Positions 53,729 through 62,298 of a stretch of DNA of 64,000 nt are shown here, piece by piece. The DNA comes from an uncultured Acetatifactor sp. Its GTDB lineage: Bacteria > Bacillota > Clostridia > Lachnospirales > Lachnospiraceae. The translations under genes and the position numbers were made by a program. Positions within the stretch are counted from its first letter, which is position 1; each line of letters begins with the position of its first letter. The stretch lies in NCBI GenBank assembly GCA_947627535.1, contig CANQWM010000005.1, positions 58,948 through 122,947 of the forward strand. The letters are read 5' to 3'. The notes below the pieces were generated by a model. The model was given only the letters and a program-made list of their open reading frames with translations. It did not search any database and was not told where the DNA came from.

Positions 53729-54607
53729 ATGAAAAACATCAAAAAATGCCTGCCGGCGCTGTTGTTCTGTATGGGCGCCGCGCTCCTGATCGGCGCCCTG
53801 TTCCTGATCTTCAGGCAGTTTGCTGACGACAGGAGTACACGCAACACGGTACGCGAGCTCCAGGCTTCCGCGGAAGCCTCCCCCGAGTCCGTTTCCTTCA
53901 GCAGCACTCCTGCTCCCCCTGAAAACACACGCGCACCAAAACCGGAGCCTTCCGCCAGTCCGGAGCCCGATCCGGCGCCGACGGAAAATCCCTACCGCGA
54001 CAGTTTTCTGGCAAATCCCGACATGGCCGCCTGGCTGCAGATTCCGGACACGGTCATAGATTACCCTGTCATGTGGACACCGGAGGACGAAAATTACTAT
54101 CTCCGGCGCGGCTTTGACGGTTCCAAAAACCAGAATGGCTGTCTGATCCTGGACACGGACAGCTGCGTTGACCCCTTGACCACAAATTTGATCATACACG
54201 GCCACAACATGAAATCCGGAGCAATGTTCGGGACCTTGAAAAAATATGAAGACGAGGATTTCTTCCGGAATCATCGCACTGTCATATTATACACGGAAAA
54301 ATGCATGCGCAGCTATGAAGTGATCGCAGTGTTCCGTTCCCAAGTATATAAGAAATCAGAGTCCGTATTCAAATATTACAAATTTTTTCAGGCGGATACC
54401 GAAGAGGAATTTAATGACTTTTATGAAAATATCAAGGCGCTTTCCCTGTATGACACCGGAGTGACCGCCGCGTTCGGCGACCGTTTTCTCACGCTCTCTA
54501 CCTGTTCCTACCACGTGGAGCAGGGCCGCCTCGTAGTGGTGGCCAAGGAAGTGGAAAGCGGCGATTCTTATCTGCCGCTGCAGACAGCAGAGGATGGAAC
54601 GCTCTGA
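53729..54607 (+). CDS. srtB: Class B sortase
   Basis: N-terminal TM, AWLQIPDTVIDYPV, NLIIHGHNM, catalytic LTLSTC, GRLVVVA; start moved to 53729. Confidence 0.92.
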   Translation: MKNIKKCLPALLFCMGAALLIGALFLIFRQFADDRSTRNTVRELQASAEASPESVSFSSTPAPPENTRAPKPEPSASPEPDPAPTENPYRDSFLANPDMAAWLQIPDTVIDYPVMWTPEDENYYLRRGFDGSKNQNGCLILDTDSCVDPLTTNLIIHGHNMKSGAMFGTLKKYEDEDFFRNHRTVILYTEKCMRSYEVIAVFRSQVYKKSESVFKYYKFFQADTEEEFNDFYENIKALSLYDTGVTAAFGDRFLTLSTCSYHVEQGRLVVVAKEVESGDSYLPLQTAEDGTL

Positions 54608-54647
54608 CACTACATTTATTCTATACTATATTAAAGGAGGAATCACG

Positions 54648-55493
54648 ATGAAAAAAATCAGGAAACTTGCAGGCGTGCTTGCAGCTGTAACGGCTCTGGT
54701 CCTTCTGCCAAAAGCCAGTGTCCTTCCCGCAAAGGCCGCGGAGCCCGTCACCTATGCCGTAAAGTATGTGTCGGATGAACTGGGCTGGAGATTTCAGGCC
54801 AATACCTCCGTATTTGACAGCAGCAACAACGGCAGGGAAATGTATTATCTGATGCAGGACATCAAGGACGGCGATCTTGTCGTCATCTACAACGACAGCG
54901 ACAATGCCAGCGATCTGAATCTGGGGAATGTGCACCTGAGCAATGTGACATATGTACAGGGCTGCCACTTTACCATCGTATTTGCCGGGGGCGTCGATGA
55001 CTGCTATGTTTTGGGCGGAAGCAGCGGAACAATGAACTGTGACGTTAAAAATGCCTATGTGTACGATACGGTAACCTTCAATTTCAATAATAATGTAGAT
55101 AACCTTTACCTGTACGCCGCCGATAAATTCAATTCCAATCTTGGCGTGTCCGGCACAGTAGGACATCTGACAGCCTCCACCCTTCCCGGACAGGAGCCGT
55201 ACCGCGTGGCTTTCGATTATTATGATTTTCCTGCCGGTGCGCTTTACTTTAAGGACGGCGCTTTCCAGCCGACTGCCTCTGGGTACAAGACTCCCGAGGA
55301 ACATGCCCAGCAGTCGCCACAGCCCCAGCCCGAGGCTCCCCAGCCTGAAGTAACCCAAACGGATTCGCCGGATCCCTCCGACGAATATGATGAAGTGCCC
55401 AAGACCGGCCAGAACAGCCTTTATCTCTGGCTCCTGCTTGGGGCGGGGATATGCTTTACCGGCAGCTTCCTGTTGAGGCGCTCTGAGGGATAA
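54648..55493 (+). CDS. Sortase-anchored surface protein (VPKTG)
   Basis: Signal peptide, Pro/Gln linker, VPKTG + hydrophobic segment + LRR tail; RBS AAGGAGG. Confidence 0.85.
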   Translation: MKKIRKLAGVLAAVTALVLLPKASVLPAKAAEPVTYAVKYVSDELGWRFQANTSVFDSSNNGREMYYLMQDIKDGDLVVIYNDSDNASDLNLGNVHLSNVTYVQGCHFTIVFAGGVDDCYVLGGSSGTMNCDVKNAYVYDTVTFNFNNNVDNLYLYAADKFNSNLGVSGTVGHLTASTLPGQEPYRVAFDYYDFPAGALYFKDGAFQPTASGYKTPEEHAQQSPQPQPEAPQPEVTQTDSPDPSDEYDEVPKTGQNSLYLWLLLGAGICFTGSFLLRRSEG

Positions 55494-55524
55494 ATATCCC
55501 ATAAGAACCATAAGAAAAAATAAG

Positions 55525-55567
55525 AAATGCCGCCTGCCCGTTCTTCACACCAGGGCAGGCGGCATTT
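55525..55567. terminator. Bidirectional terminator between convergent genes
   Basis: AAATGCCGCCTGCCC / GGGCAGGCGGCATTT. Confidence 0.8.
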
Positions 55568-55594
55568 TTACATTGCCGAACATTTCTCTATGTC

Positions 55595-57292
55595 TCAGGA
55601 ACCGATATAATTCCTCACAAGCTCCCAGGCTCCGGCATTGCCGTAACCCAGGCACCATACCGCCGCACCTCCCAGATCCTTGGCATTCATCACATTCAGC
55701 TTGATCCGCAGGCTCTCTTCGTTTTCTATCCAGATCCGGAAAGTCGCCTCCCCTTCCTGCCATTCGGCATAATACTGGCCCAGTTCCTCATCCCATACCG
55801 CCTTATCCATATAATCGGATGCTTTTTTGAGCCTGACAGAGGCGTCCGTGACTTTAGTTCCTTCTGTCTTCCACAGAAGCATATAGAAGGGGAGCGCATT
55901 TACAACCTTCTTTGCAGGCACCTTTTCCAGCGTTCTGTCAAGACCGCCGGAGACAAATCCGATACTGGCCGTGCTGCCGGGATCACCGCTGCCGCTCCAG
56001 TGCTCGTCATATCCCATGATGATCACATAGTCCGCGATCTGTCCCTGTATATCCAGACGGTAATAATCATTATAATCGTAAGGCACATGGTTCGCCACGG
56101 ACAGAAACAATCCGTTCTCCTGGCAAAGGACCGACAATTCCCGCAAAAACTGAATAAAATGCTCTCCGCAATCCTGTGTCAGACCTTCAAAATCAATGTT
56201 GACGCCATCCATACCGTATTCCAGAGTCGTGCTTACCATGTCCGAAACCAGCTTCTGCCGGACGGATGTAGAAGAAAGGATCCCCAGCGTACTTACCTCC
56301 GCTCCCTCCACCTCCGCGGCGTAATTAAAATTATCCCAGGTGCCCCAGACCTGCAGGCCCTGGTCATGGGCCTTCTTTACATAATCCGCGTCGGCATAGG
56401 ACCGGAATCCGCCGGCGTTGTCCGACAGGCTGAACCAGACGGGCGCAAGTACATTGATGGCATAGCTTCCGTCGGAAGTCCTGCACTCCGCAAGCGCATC
56501 GCTCAGGGAGGAACTCCAGACGGGATGCCACCCCAGACTCAGCTTCCCTTCCAGGGCCAGATCCGTATGCCGGGGTTCCACATAATCCGTCACCGGAGTC
56601 TCTATCTCCGTGCTCAGTCCCCCCAGCCGCTTGTTCTCTACATAGCCGATGACCGCGTCCGAAGTCTTTACCAGGCTCCATTTATCCATCTGCTTCAGAA
56701 GCTCCACGGTCTCTCCCTTCTTCAGTTCCCGCAGGATCGGGCTCTTTATGCCGCCGCGGGTACGGACCTGGGTGTTTTTCGACACCGTCATGACTTCCTT
56801 TACCCCCCACTCCGTGTAAACCTGCAGATGCCTGTCATACCGGACATACTCATAGTTGGTAAACTGCCTGACATAATCTGCCGCCACATAAAGGGCCCCC
56901 TCTTCCAGAAAGCAGACCGTGTAGGGCGTCTGTATATCCTCGCCCGCAGCATTTTTATATCCTGTCTGCCCGAACATCGCGGCGGCGGTGCCTTCCGCGG
57001 TAGTATAGAGCAGTTTTTGTTCGTTGTAATCGGCGTAAAAGCCTTCATTCAGGTACTGATGCACCGTACCCAGGTCAAAATAGACGATATCGCCCTGCAG
57101 CAGGGCCTTTTCCTCCACCATCCCGTCCTGCAGGATGATGGCCAGTCTGCCGTCCGTCACACCGTAATATTCGTCCAGATCGGCAGTCTCTTTTCCGTAA
57201 GAATACTTGTCCAGAAGCTGTCCTCCAAAATAGACGCCGCCGATTATCACGATCAGCAGCAATGCAACAATTACAGGTATTATCCGTTTCAT
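55595..57292 (-). CDS. Glycoside hydrolase family 18 protein with an SH3b domain, membrane-anchored (spore-cortex hydrolase-like)
   Basis: N-terminal TM; SH3b (VRTRGGIKSPIL...WSLVKT...IGYVE); GH18 DGVNIDFE, DYVIIMGYDEH, GAAVWCLG. Confidence 0.88.
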   Translation of the reverse strand: MKRIIPVIVALLLIVIIGGVYFGGQLLDKYSYGKETADLDEYYGVTDGRLAIILQDGMVEEKALLQGDIVYFDLGTVHQYLNEGFYADYNEQKLLYTTAEGTAAAMFGQTGYKNAAGEDIQTPYTVCFLEEGALYVAADYVRQFTNYEYVRYDRHLQVYTEWGVKEVMTVSKNTQVRTRGGIKSPILRELKKGETVELLKQMDKWSLVKTSDAVIGYVENKRLGGLSTEIETPVTDYVEPRHTDLALEGKLSLGWHPVWSSSLSDALAECRTSDGSYAINVLAPVWFSLSDNAGGFRSYADADYVKKAHDQGLQVWGTWDNFNYAAEVEGAEVSTLGILSSTSVRQKLVSDMVSTTLEYGMDGVNIDFEGLTQDCGEHFIQFLRELSVLCQENGLFLSVANHVPYDYNDYYRLDIQGQIADYVIIMGYDEHWSGSGDPGSTASIGFVSGGLDRTLEKVPAKKVVNALPFYMLLWKTEGTKVTDASVRLKKASDYMDKAVWDEELGQYYAEWQEGEATFRIWIENEESLRIKLNVMNAKDLGGAAVWCLGYGNAGAWELVRNYIGS

Positions 57293-57531
57293 CCTGACGC
57301 ATTCCTTCCTGAATTATTATGGTATCTCCCTGCAGGCGCTGCCTGCCGGAACCCTCTTCCGGCGCGCGTCTGCGGATATGATGTAACTGCCGCAAGATGC
57401 GGTCAATTACATCATACCACACGAATCGCAAGACGTCATTACCCTTTTTTGCGCCGGCGGTTTCAGCACGAGAGGCAGCCCGATTTCTGCAGCTGCCGGC
57501 GCATTTTTCGTTTGATCGGAGGTCATCTGAC

Positions 57532-57768
57532 CTAACAGCGTGTCACCCTGTCAAAGCGCACCTGCTCAATGTTGCCTTCGTCCCCAAGCACATAGTCCGC
57601 CATATAGGGGCTGTTTTCCCGCACGGTCCTGGCCGCAGCTTCCCCGGGAAGCACGGCACGGCCGTCTACAAAGAGCTTTACTCCCCGGCCGCACAGCAGT
57701 TCCAGCTGTACGGTATACGCTTCCCTGGCAAACTCCCATTCCATTACCTTATTATACCTGTCATCCAA
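57532..57768 (-). CDS. Small hypothetical protein (78 aa)
   Basis: TTG start 6 nt after GGAGG; GVKLFVDG...YMADYVLGDEGNIEQVRFDRV. Confidence 0.6.
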   Translation of the reverse strand: MDDRYNKVMEWEFAREAYTVQLELLCGRGVKLFVDGRAVLPGEAAARTVRENSPYMADYVLGDEGNIEQVRFDRVTRC

Positions 57769-58354
57769 AACATTCCTCCGTTTTCTGTGCTCTTCCGGCC
57801 AAAAGGATCCGTGATGAATCAATTCCGGAAGTTTTCCAAAAGTTTCAAAGATATTAATATTTGCAAGTTCCTTCAGCAGTACGTCACACGCCCGCCAGGC
57901 GCCCTGCCAGACAATTACCATTCTTTGGCAGGTTTAAAATGAATTATATTGGTGATGATTAGTTGAAATACTATGACCAAGCAGATAAACGGCGAAAACC
58001 AGCCCTGACTTGTAAGACATCCTTTGGAATATATGTCAGAATCTAAGATCTGTCATATAATGTGATATAAACACTGGAAAAATAAGGATGAAAAGGAACG
58101 ATCGTTCCACAATCATTAAATCAGCTTGATATAAAATGTGACTGTTGCCTCCTTCCCCGTACAAGAGTACCGAAGGAGCTTACAAAATGTATTATAACCT
58201 ATGTTCCTAATTTTGACAAGACATAGTCTGATAAATATTAAAAAAATTTAAACTCAAATCCTGCTATTGACTAAAAGGCGGCAAGAGTATAAGATACAGG
58301 TATCCAAACAGGATATCACTCGCATGCCTGAATGCAGAAAGGAAGGTCTGTCGT

Positions 58355-59092
58355 ATGAAAATAGAGAAGGTAAATGAAAACCAGATCCGCTGTACCCTGA
58401 CGAAAGAAGACCTGATAAGCCGTGAGCTGAAAATCAGCGAGCTGGCTTACGGCACGGAAAAGGCCAAAAACCTTTTTCGGGATATGATGCGTCAGGCCAA
58501 CTTTGAATTTGGCTTTGAAGCCGAGGACATCCCTCTGATGATAGAAGCGATTCCCCTGAACGCCGAGTGCATCGTACTGATCATCACGAAAGTGGAGGAT
58601 CCGGAGGAACTGGATACCCGTTTTTCACGGTTTGCCCCCTCCGTCACCGAGGACAGCGAATATGACGAAGAAACGGAAGAATATGGCGAAACCGCCTCGG
58701 ACGGTGCCGCAGATCTTTTGCAGAATCTGCAGCCCGATGCCCGGGAAACCGTTCAGGGCGGCGGGGCTGCCGACGATAACGCCGCCGCAGACGGGCGCAT
58801 GCGGACAAGAATTTTCCGGATCCGCACCCTGCAGCTTGTGATGGAAGTATCTGCAGTCATCGCGGACCACTATCACGGTCTGAGTTCTCTGTACAAGGAT
58901 GCCTCTTCCGGCCAGTATCTGCTGCTGATGACGCAGGGAGACGAGAGCCGGGAAGGGTTTGACCGCTCCTGCAACATTATCTCCGAATACGGCACCCTCC
59001 TTCGGGCCATGTCGTCCGGAGGTACTTTTCTCGAAGAACACAGCGAAGCTCTGGTTAGGGAAAACGCCGTTCAGACTTTGGGAAAGCTGTAA
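58355..59092 (+). CDS. mecA: ClpC adaptor MecA
   Basis: MKIEKVNENQIRCTLTKEDL, LMIEAIP, C-terminal CNIISEYG; promoter TTGACT-17-TAAGAT at 58267-58295. Confidence 0.88.
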   Translation: MKIEKVNENQIRCTLTKEDLISRELKISELAYGTEKAKNLFRDMMRQANFEFGFEAEDIPLMIEAIPLNAECIVLIITKVEDPEELDTRFSRFAPSVTEDSEYDEETEEYGETASDGAADLLQNLQPDARETVQGGGAADDNAAADGRMRTRIFRIRTLQLVMEVSAVIADHYHGLSSLYKDASSGQYLLLMTQGDESREGFDRSCNIISEYGTLLRAMSSGGTFLEEHSEALVRENAVQTLGKL

Positions 59093-59110
59093 AAAATACA
59101 CCCCGGCATA

Positions 59111-59144
59111 AAAACTGCCGCTCTGTTACAGAGCGGCAATTTTT
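59111..59144. terminator. Bidirectional terminator between mecA and the DUF1858 gene
   Basis: TGCCGCTCTG-tta-CAGAGCGGCA flanked by A and T runs. Confidence 0.8.
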
Positions 59145-59317
59145 GTCATTAAATCATCGATATCCATACCGTGTACCATCGCAGCTTCCTCCAGGGTTTC
59201 TCCCTGTGCGGAAGGGCACCCGAGACAGTGCATGCCCGCCTCCATCAAAACCGGCGCCACATCCGGATTGACGCGCAGGATCTCACCGATGGTCATTTCC
59301 TTGGTGATCTTATTCAT
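59126..59317 (-). CDS. DUF1858 (hybrid-cluster-associated redox disulfide) small protein
   Basis: [14 protein letters not shown]...[23 protein letters not shown]; RBS AAGGAGG; start moved to 59317. Confidence 0.9.
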   Translation of the reverse strand: MNKITKEMTIGEILRVNPDVAPVLMEAGMHCLGCPSAQGETLEEAAMVHGMDIDDLMTKIAAL

Positions 59318-59456
59318 CGTGTCACCTCCTTTTGCATAATCAGTATAATACTTTCTCTCATGCTTGACAAGCAGTTCCATAAAAGAACAAATTATAAAAG
59401 GTTTATAAAACCGGTGCAAAATCGTCACATGTACCCGAAAAAATACACGTCTGCGC

Positions 59457-59485
59457 TTGACTCGATTTCCCGTTTTACATATAAT
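59457..59485 (+). promoter_or_regulatory. SigA promoter of the pfl locus
   Basis: TTGACT-17-TATAAT. Confidence 0.8.
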
Positions 59486-59555
59486 GAAGCTAAGGATTAG
59501 AAGCAACGTTTTTTACTACCAAACTAATTCAAATACTTATAGGAGGCTATTCAAA

Positions 59556-61595
59556 ATGAGAGCAGAATGGACAGATTTTGTAACTGGCAAGTGGGACAAA
59601 GAAATCAATGTCCGCGACTTCATCCAGAGAAACTATCATCCCTATGACGGCGATGAGAGCTTTCTGGCCGGCCCTACTCAGAACACCAAGGATCTGTGGG
59701 CACAGGTGCTTGACCTGCAGAAAAAAGAGAGAGAAGCGGGCGGCGTTCTGGACATGGACACCAAGGTGGTATCTACCATCACCTCCCACGGCCCCGGATA
59801 TCTTGACAAGAGCAAGGAAACCATCGTAGGCTTCCAGACCGACAAGCCCTTCAAGCGTTCCCTGCAGCCTTACGGCGGTATCCGCATGGCGGAGAAGGCG
59901 TGCGCAGACAACGGCTATGAAGTGGATCCTGAGATTTCCGAGTTTTTCACGGTTCACAGAAAGACTCACAACGCAGGCTGCTTTGACGCTTACAATCAGG
60001 AAATGAGAGCATGCCGTTCTTCCCATATCATCACCGGCCTTCCTGACGCTTACGGCCGCGGCCGTATCATCGGCGACTACAGACGTGTCGCTCTGTACGG
60101 CATTGACAGACTGATCGAGGATAAGCAGGCTCAGAAGGATTCCACCGGCCGCGTGATGACCGATGACGTAATCCGTCTGCGCGAGGAGATCTCCGAGCAG
60201 ATGACCGCTCTGAAGCTGATGAAGGAGATGGCTGCATCCTACGGCTGCGATATTTCCAAGCCCGCCGCAAATGTAAAAGAGGCAATCCAGTGGACCTACT
60301 TCGGATATCTGTGCGCTGTAAAGGAGCAGAACGGCGCCGCAATGTCTCTGGGACGTACCTCCACCTTCCTCGACTGCTATGCAGAGAGAGATTTAAAGAA
60401 CGGCACCTTTACCGAGGAACAGATCCAGGAGTTCGTGGATCACTTCATCATGAAGCTTCGCTGCATCAAGTTTGCACGTACTCCCGAGTACAACCAGATC
60501 TTCGCGGGCGATCCCGTTTGGGTCACCGAGTCTCTGGGCGGTGTAGGCGTTGACGGCAGACCCATGGTTACAAAGATGAGCTTCCGTTACCTGAATACCT
60601 TAACCAACCTCGGACCTTCTCCCGAGCCCAACCTTACCGTTCTCTGGTCCACAAGACTTCCCGAGAACTGGAAGAGATACTGCGCGAAGATGTCCATTCA
60701 GACCTCTTCCATCCAGTACGAGAATGACGACCTGATGAGAGTGGTTCACGGCGATGACTATGGTATCGCATGCTGCGTATCCTCCATGGTAATCGGCAAG
60801 GAGATGCAGTTCTTCGGTGCCCGCGCCAATGTCGCGAAGTGCCTGCTTTACGCTTTGAACGGCGGTGTGGACGAAGTTACCAAGAAGCAGGTCGGCCCCA
60901 AGTACCGCCCTGTTACCGGCGACGTTCTGGATTACGACGACGTTTACAGCAAGTTTATGGATATGCTGGAATGGCAGGCGGATGTGTATGTAAATACCCT
61001 GAACATCATACACTATATGCATGACAAATACTGCTATGAGAGAGCAGAGATGGCACTGCATGACAGAGACGTAAAGCGCTACTTTGCAACCGGTGTCGCA
61101 GGTCTTTCCATCGTAGCCGACTCCCTTTCCGCCATCAAGTATGCGAAGGTGGAGCCCATCCGTGACGAGGACGGCATTATCGTAGACTTTAAGACGACCG
61201 GCGACTTCCCGAAATACGGCAACGACGACGACCGTGTTGACGAGATCGCTCAGGATGTGGTACACAAGTTCATGACCGCTGTAAGAAGACATCACACCTA
61301 CAGAAACGGCATCCCTACCACCTCCATCCTGACCATTACCTCTAACGTTACCTATGGTAAGGCTACCGGTAATACACCCGACGGACGTAAGAAGGGCCAG
61401 CCTTTCGCTCCCGGTGCGAACCCCATGCACGGCCGCGATACCCACGGCGCAGTCGCTTCCCTTTCCTCCGTCTCCAAGCTGCCCTTCAATGATGCGCAGG
61501 ATGGTATCTCCAATACCTTCACCATCATTCCCGGCGCTCTGGGCAAGGAAGATAAGGTGTTCGCAGGCGACATCGAACTGGATCTGAACAAATAA
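59556..61595 (+). CDS. pflB: Pyruvate formate-lyase catalytic core (679 aa) lacking the glycyl-radical domain
   Basis: [25 protein letters not shown], active-site IACCVS (Cys406-Cys407), [13 protein letters not shown]; ends [19 protein letters not shown]-stop with no RVSGY; RBS AGGAGG. Confidence 0.93.
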   Translation: MRAEWTDFVTGKWDKEINVRDFIQRNYHPYDGDESFLAGPTQNTKDLWAQVLDLQKKEREAGGVLDMDTKVVSTITSHGPGYLDKSKETIVGFQTDKPFKRSLQPYGGIRMAEKACADNGYEVDPEISEFFTVHRKTHNAGCFDAYNQEMRACRSSHIITGLPDAYGRGRIIGDYRRVALYGIDRLIEDKQAQKDSTGRVMTDDVIRLREEISEQMTALKLMKEMAASYGCDISKPAANVKEAIQWTYFGYLCAVKEQNGAAMSLGRTSTFLDCYAERDLKNGTFTEEQIQEFVDHFIMKLRCIKFARTPEYNQIFAGDPVWVTESLGGVGVDGRPMVTKMSFRYLNTLTNLGPSPEPNLTVLWSTRLPENWKRYCAKMSIQTSSIQYENDDLMRVVHGDDYGIACCVSSMVIGKEMQFFGARANVAKCLLYALNGGVDEVTKKQVGPKYRPVTGDVLDYDDVYSKFMDMLEWQADVYVNTLNIIHYMHDKYCYERAEMALHDRDVKRYFATGVAGLSIVADSLSAIKYAKVEPIRDEDGIIVDFKTTGDFPKYGNDDDRVDEIAQDVVHKFMTAVRRHHTYRNGIPTTSILTITSNVTYGKATGNTPDGRKKGQPFAPGANPMHGRDTHGAVASLSSVSKLPFNDAQDGISNTFTIIPGALGKEDKVFAGDIELDLNK

Positions 61596-61630
61596 TTCTG
61601 CTTTGAATAAAATATGTTTCAGGAGGCACT

Positions 61631-61834
61631 ATGGACGAAAAAAATATGATTGACGACCTGGTTAAAATGCTCGATTCCGGCATGGCTGACGGCGTCGGCC
61701 ATGTGAATGTGGACTATGACGGACAGGGCGAACAGTCAAAAAACGTTCAGACAATGGGCTGCACGGATTGCTCCAGAACGCCGCTGGCCTGCAGCGTGCC
61801 CACCCTTGAACAGGGACTGGACGATTATCAATGA
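61631..61834 (+). CDS. 67-aa protein: glycyl-radical-domain-like N-terminus with a Cys-rich tail and no radical Gly
   Basis: RBS AGGAGG at 61621-26; IDDLVKMLDSGMADGVGHVNV aligns without gaps to [21 protein letters not shown] of the downstream GrcA; C44xxC47 and C54. Confidence 0.8.
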   Translation: MDEKNMIDDLVKMLDSGMADGVGHVNVDYDGQGEQSKNVQTMGCTDCSRTPLACSVPTLEQGLDDYQ

Positions 61835-61858
61835 CCGGGCCCGCAAAAAAGGAACCAG

Positions 61859-61886
61859 CCGGGGAACGGGTTTCCCCGCTCCCCGG
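61859..61886 (+). other. GC-rich stem-loop without a U tract, upstream of grcA
   Basis: CCGGGGAACGGG-tttc-CCCGCTCCCCGG (11 of 12 pairs), followed by AAACAAAAC. Confidence 0.6.
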
Positions 61887-61936
61887 AAACAAAACAACTT
61901 TCATACTACCAATACTATCATAAGGAGGACAAAACT

Positions 61937-62179
61937 ATGGCAGCAAGCACAGCACAGGTTGACAACCTTGTAAACTTATTGGATGGATACGCAACAAAAG
62001 GCGGCCATCACCTGAACGTGAACGTTCTGAACAGAGACACGCTTCTGGACGCTCAGAAGCATCCGGAGAATTATCCTCAGCTTACCATCCGGGTATCCGG
62101 ATATGCAGTCAACTTCATCAAGCTGACTCCTGAACAGCAGGCTGACGTTATCTCCCGTACCTTCCATGAGTCGATCTGA
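61937..62179 (+). CDS. grcA: Stand-alone glycyl-radical domain (GrcA/YfiD-like), 80 aa
   Basis: [28 protein letters not shown] (Gly55), ISRTFH; RBS AAGGAGG. Confidence 0.95.
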   Translation: MAASTAQVDNLVNLLDGYATKGGHHLNVNVLNRDTLLDAQKHPENYPQLTIRVSGYAVNFIKLTPEQQADVISRTFHESI

Positions 62180-62219
62180 GATACTTCGGCTTAAAAATCA
62201 GTTAGGATAACTGACACAG

Positions 62220-62248
62220 AAGGAGCACCGCCAGCCGGTGCTCCTTTT
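62220..62248 (+). terminator. Intrinsic terminator between grcA and pflA
   Basis: AAGGAGCACCG-ccagc-CGGTGCTCCTT-TT. Confidence 0.8.
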
Positions 62249-62298
62249 CAGTTCCTTGGGGAATACGATAAACAGGAAAATGAAAGGAGAAATGCGCT

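Noticed and set aside
59411-59431. GGTGCAAAATCGTCACA as a Rex or Crp/Fnr site upstream of pflB
   Set aside because: Half-site spacing is off by one and the left half-site is poor; not supportable without a comparative alignment.
61540-61940. pflB as a frameshifted pseudogene or sequencing error
   Set aside because: The missing domain lies about 340 nt away with its own RBS and new N-terminus, and an intact RBS-bearing ORF intervenes. A single indel cannot rejoin the parts.
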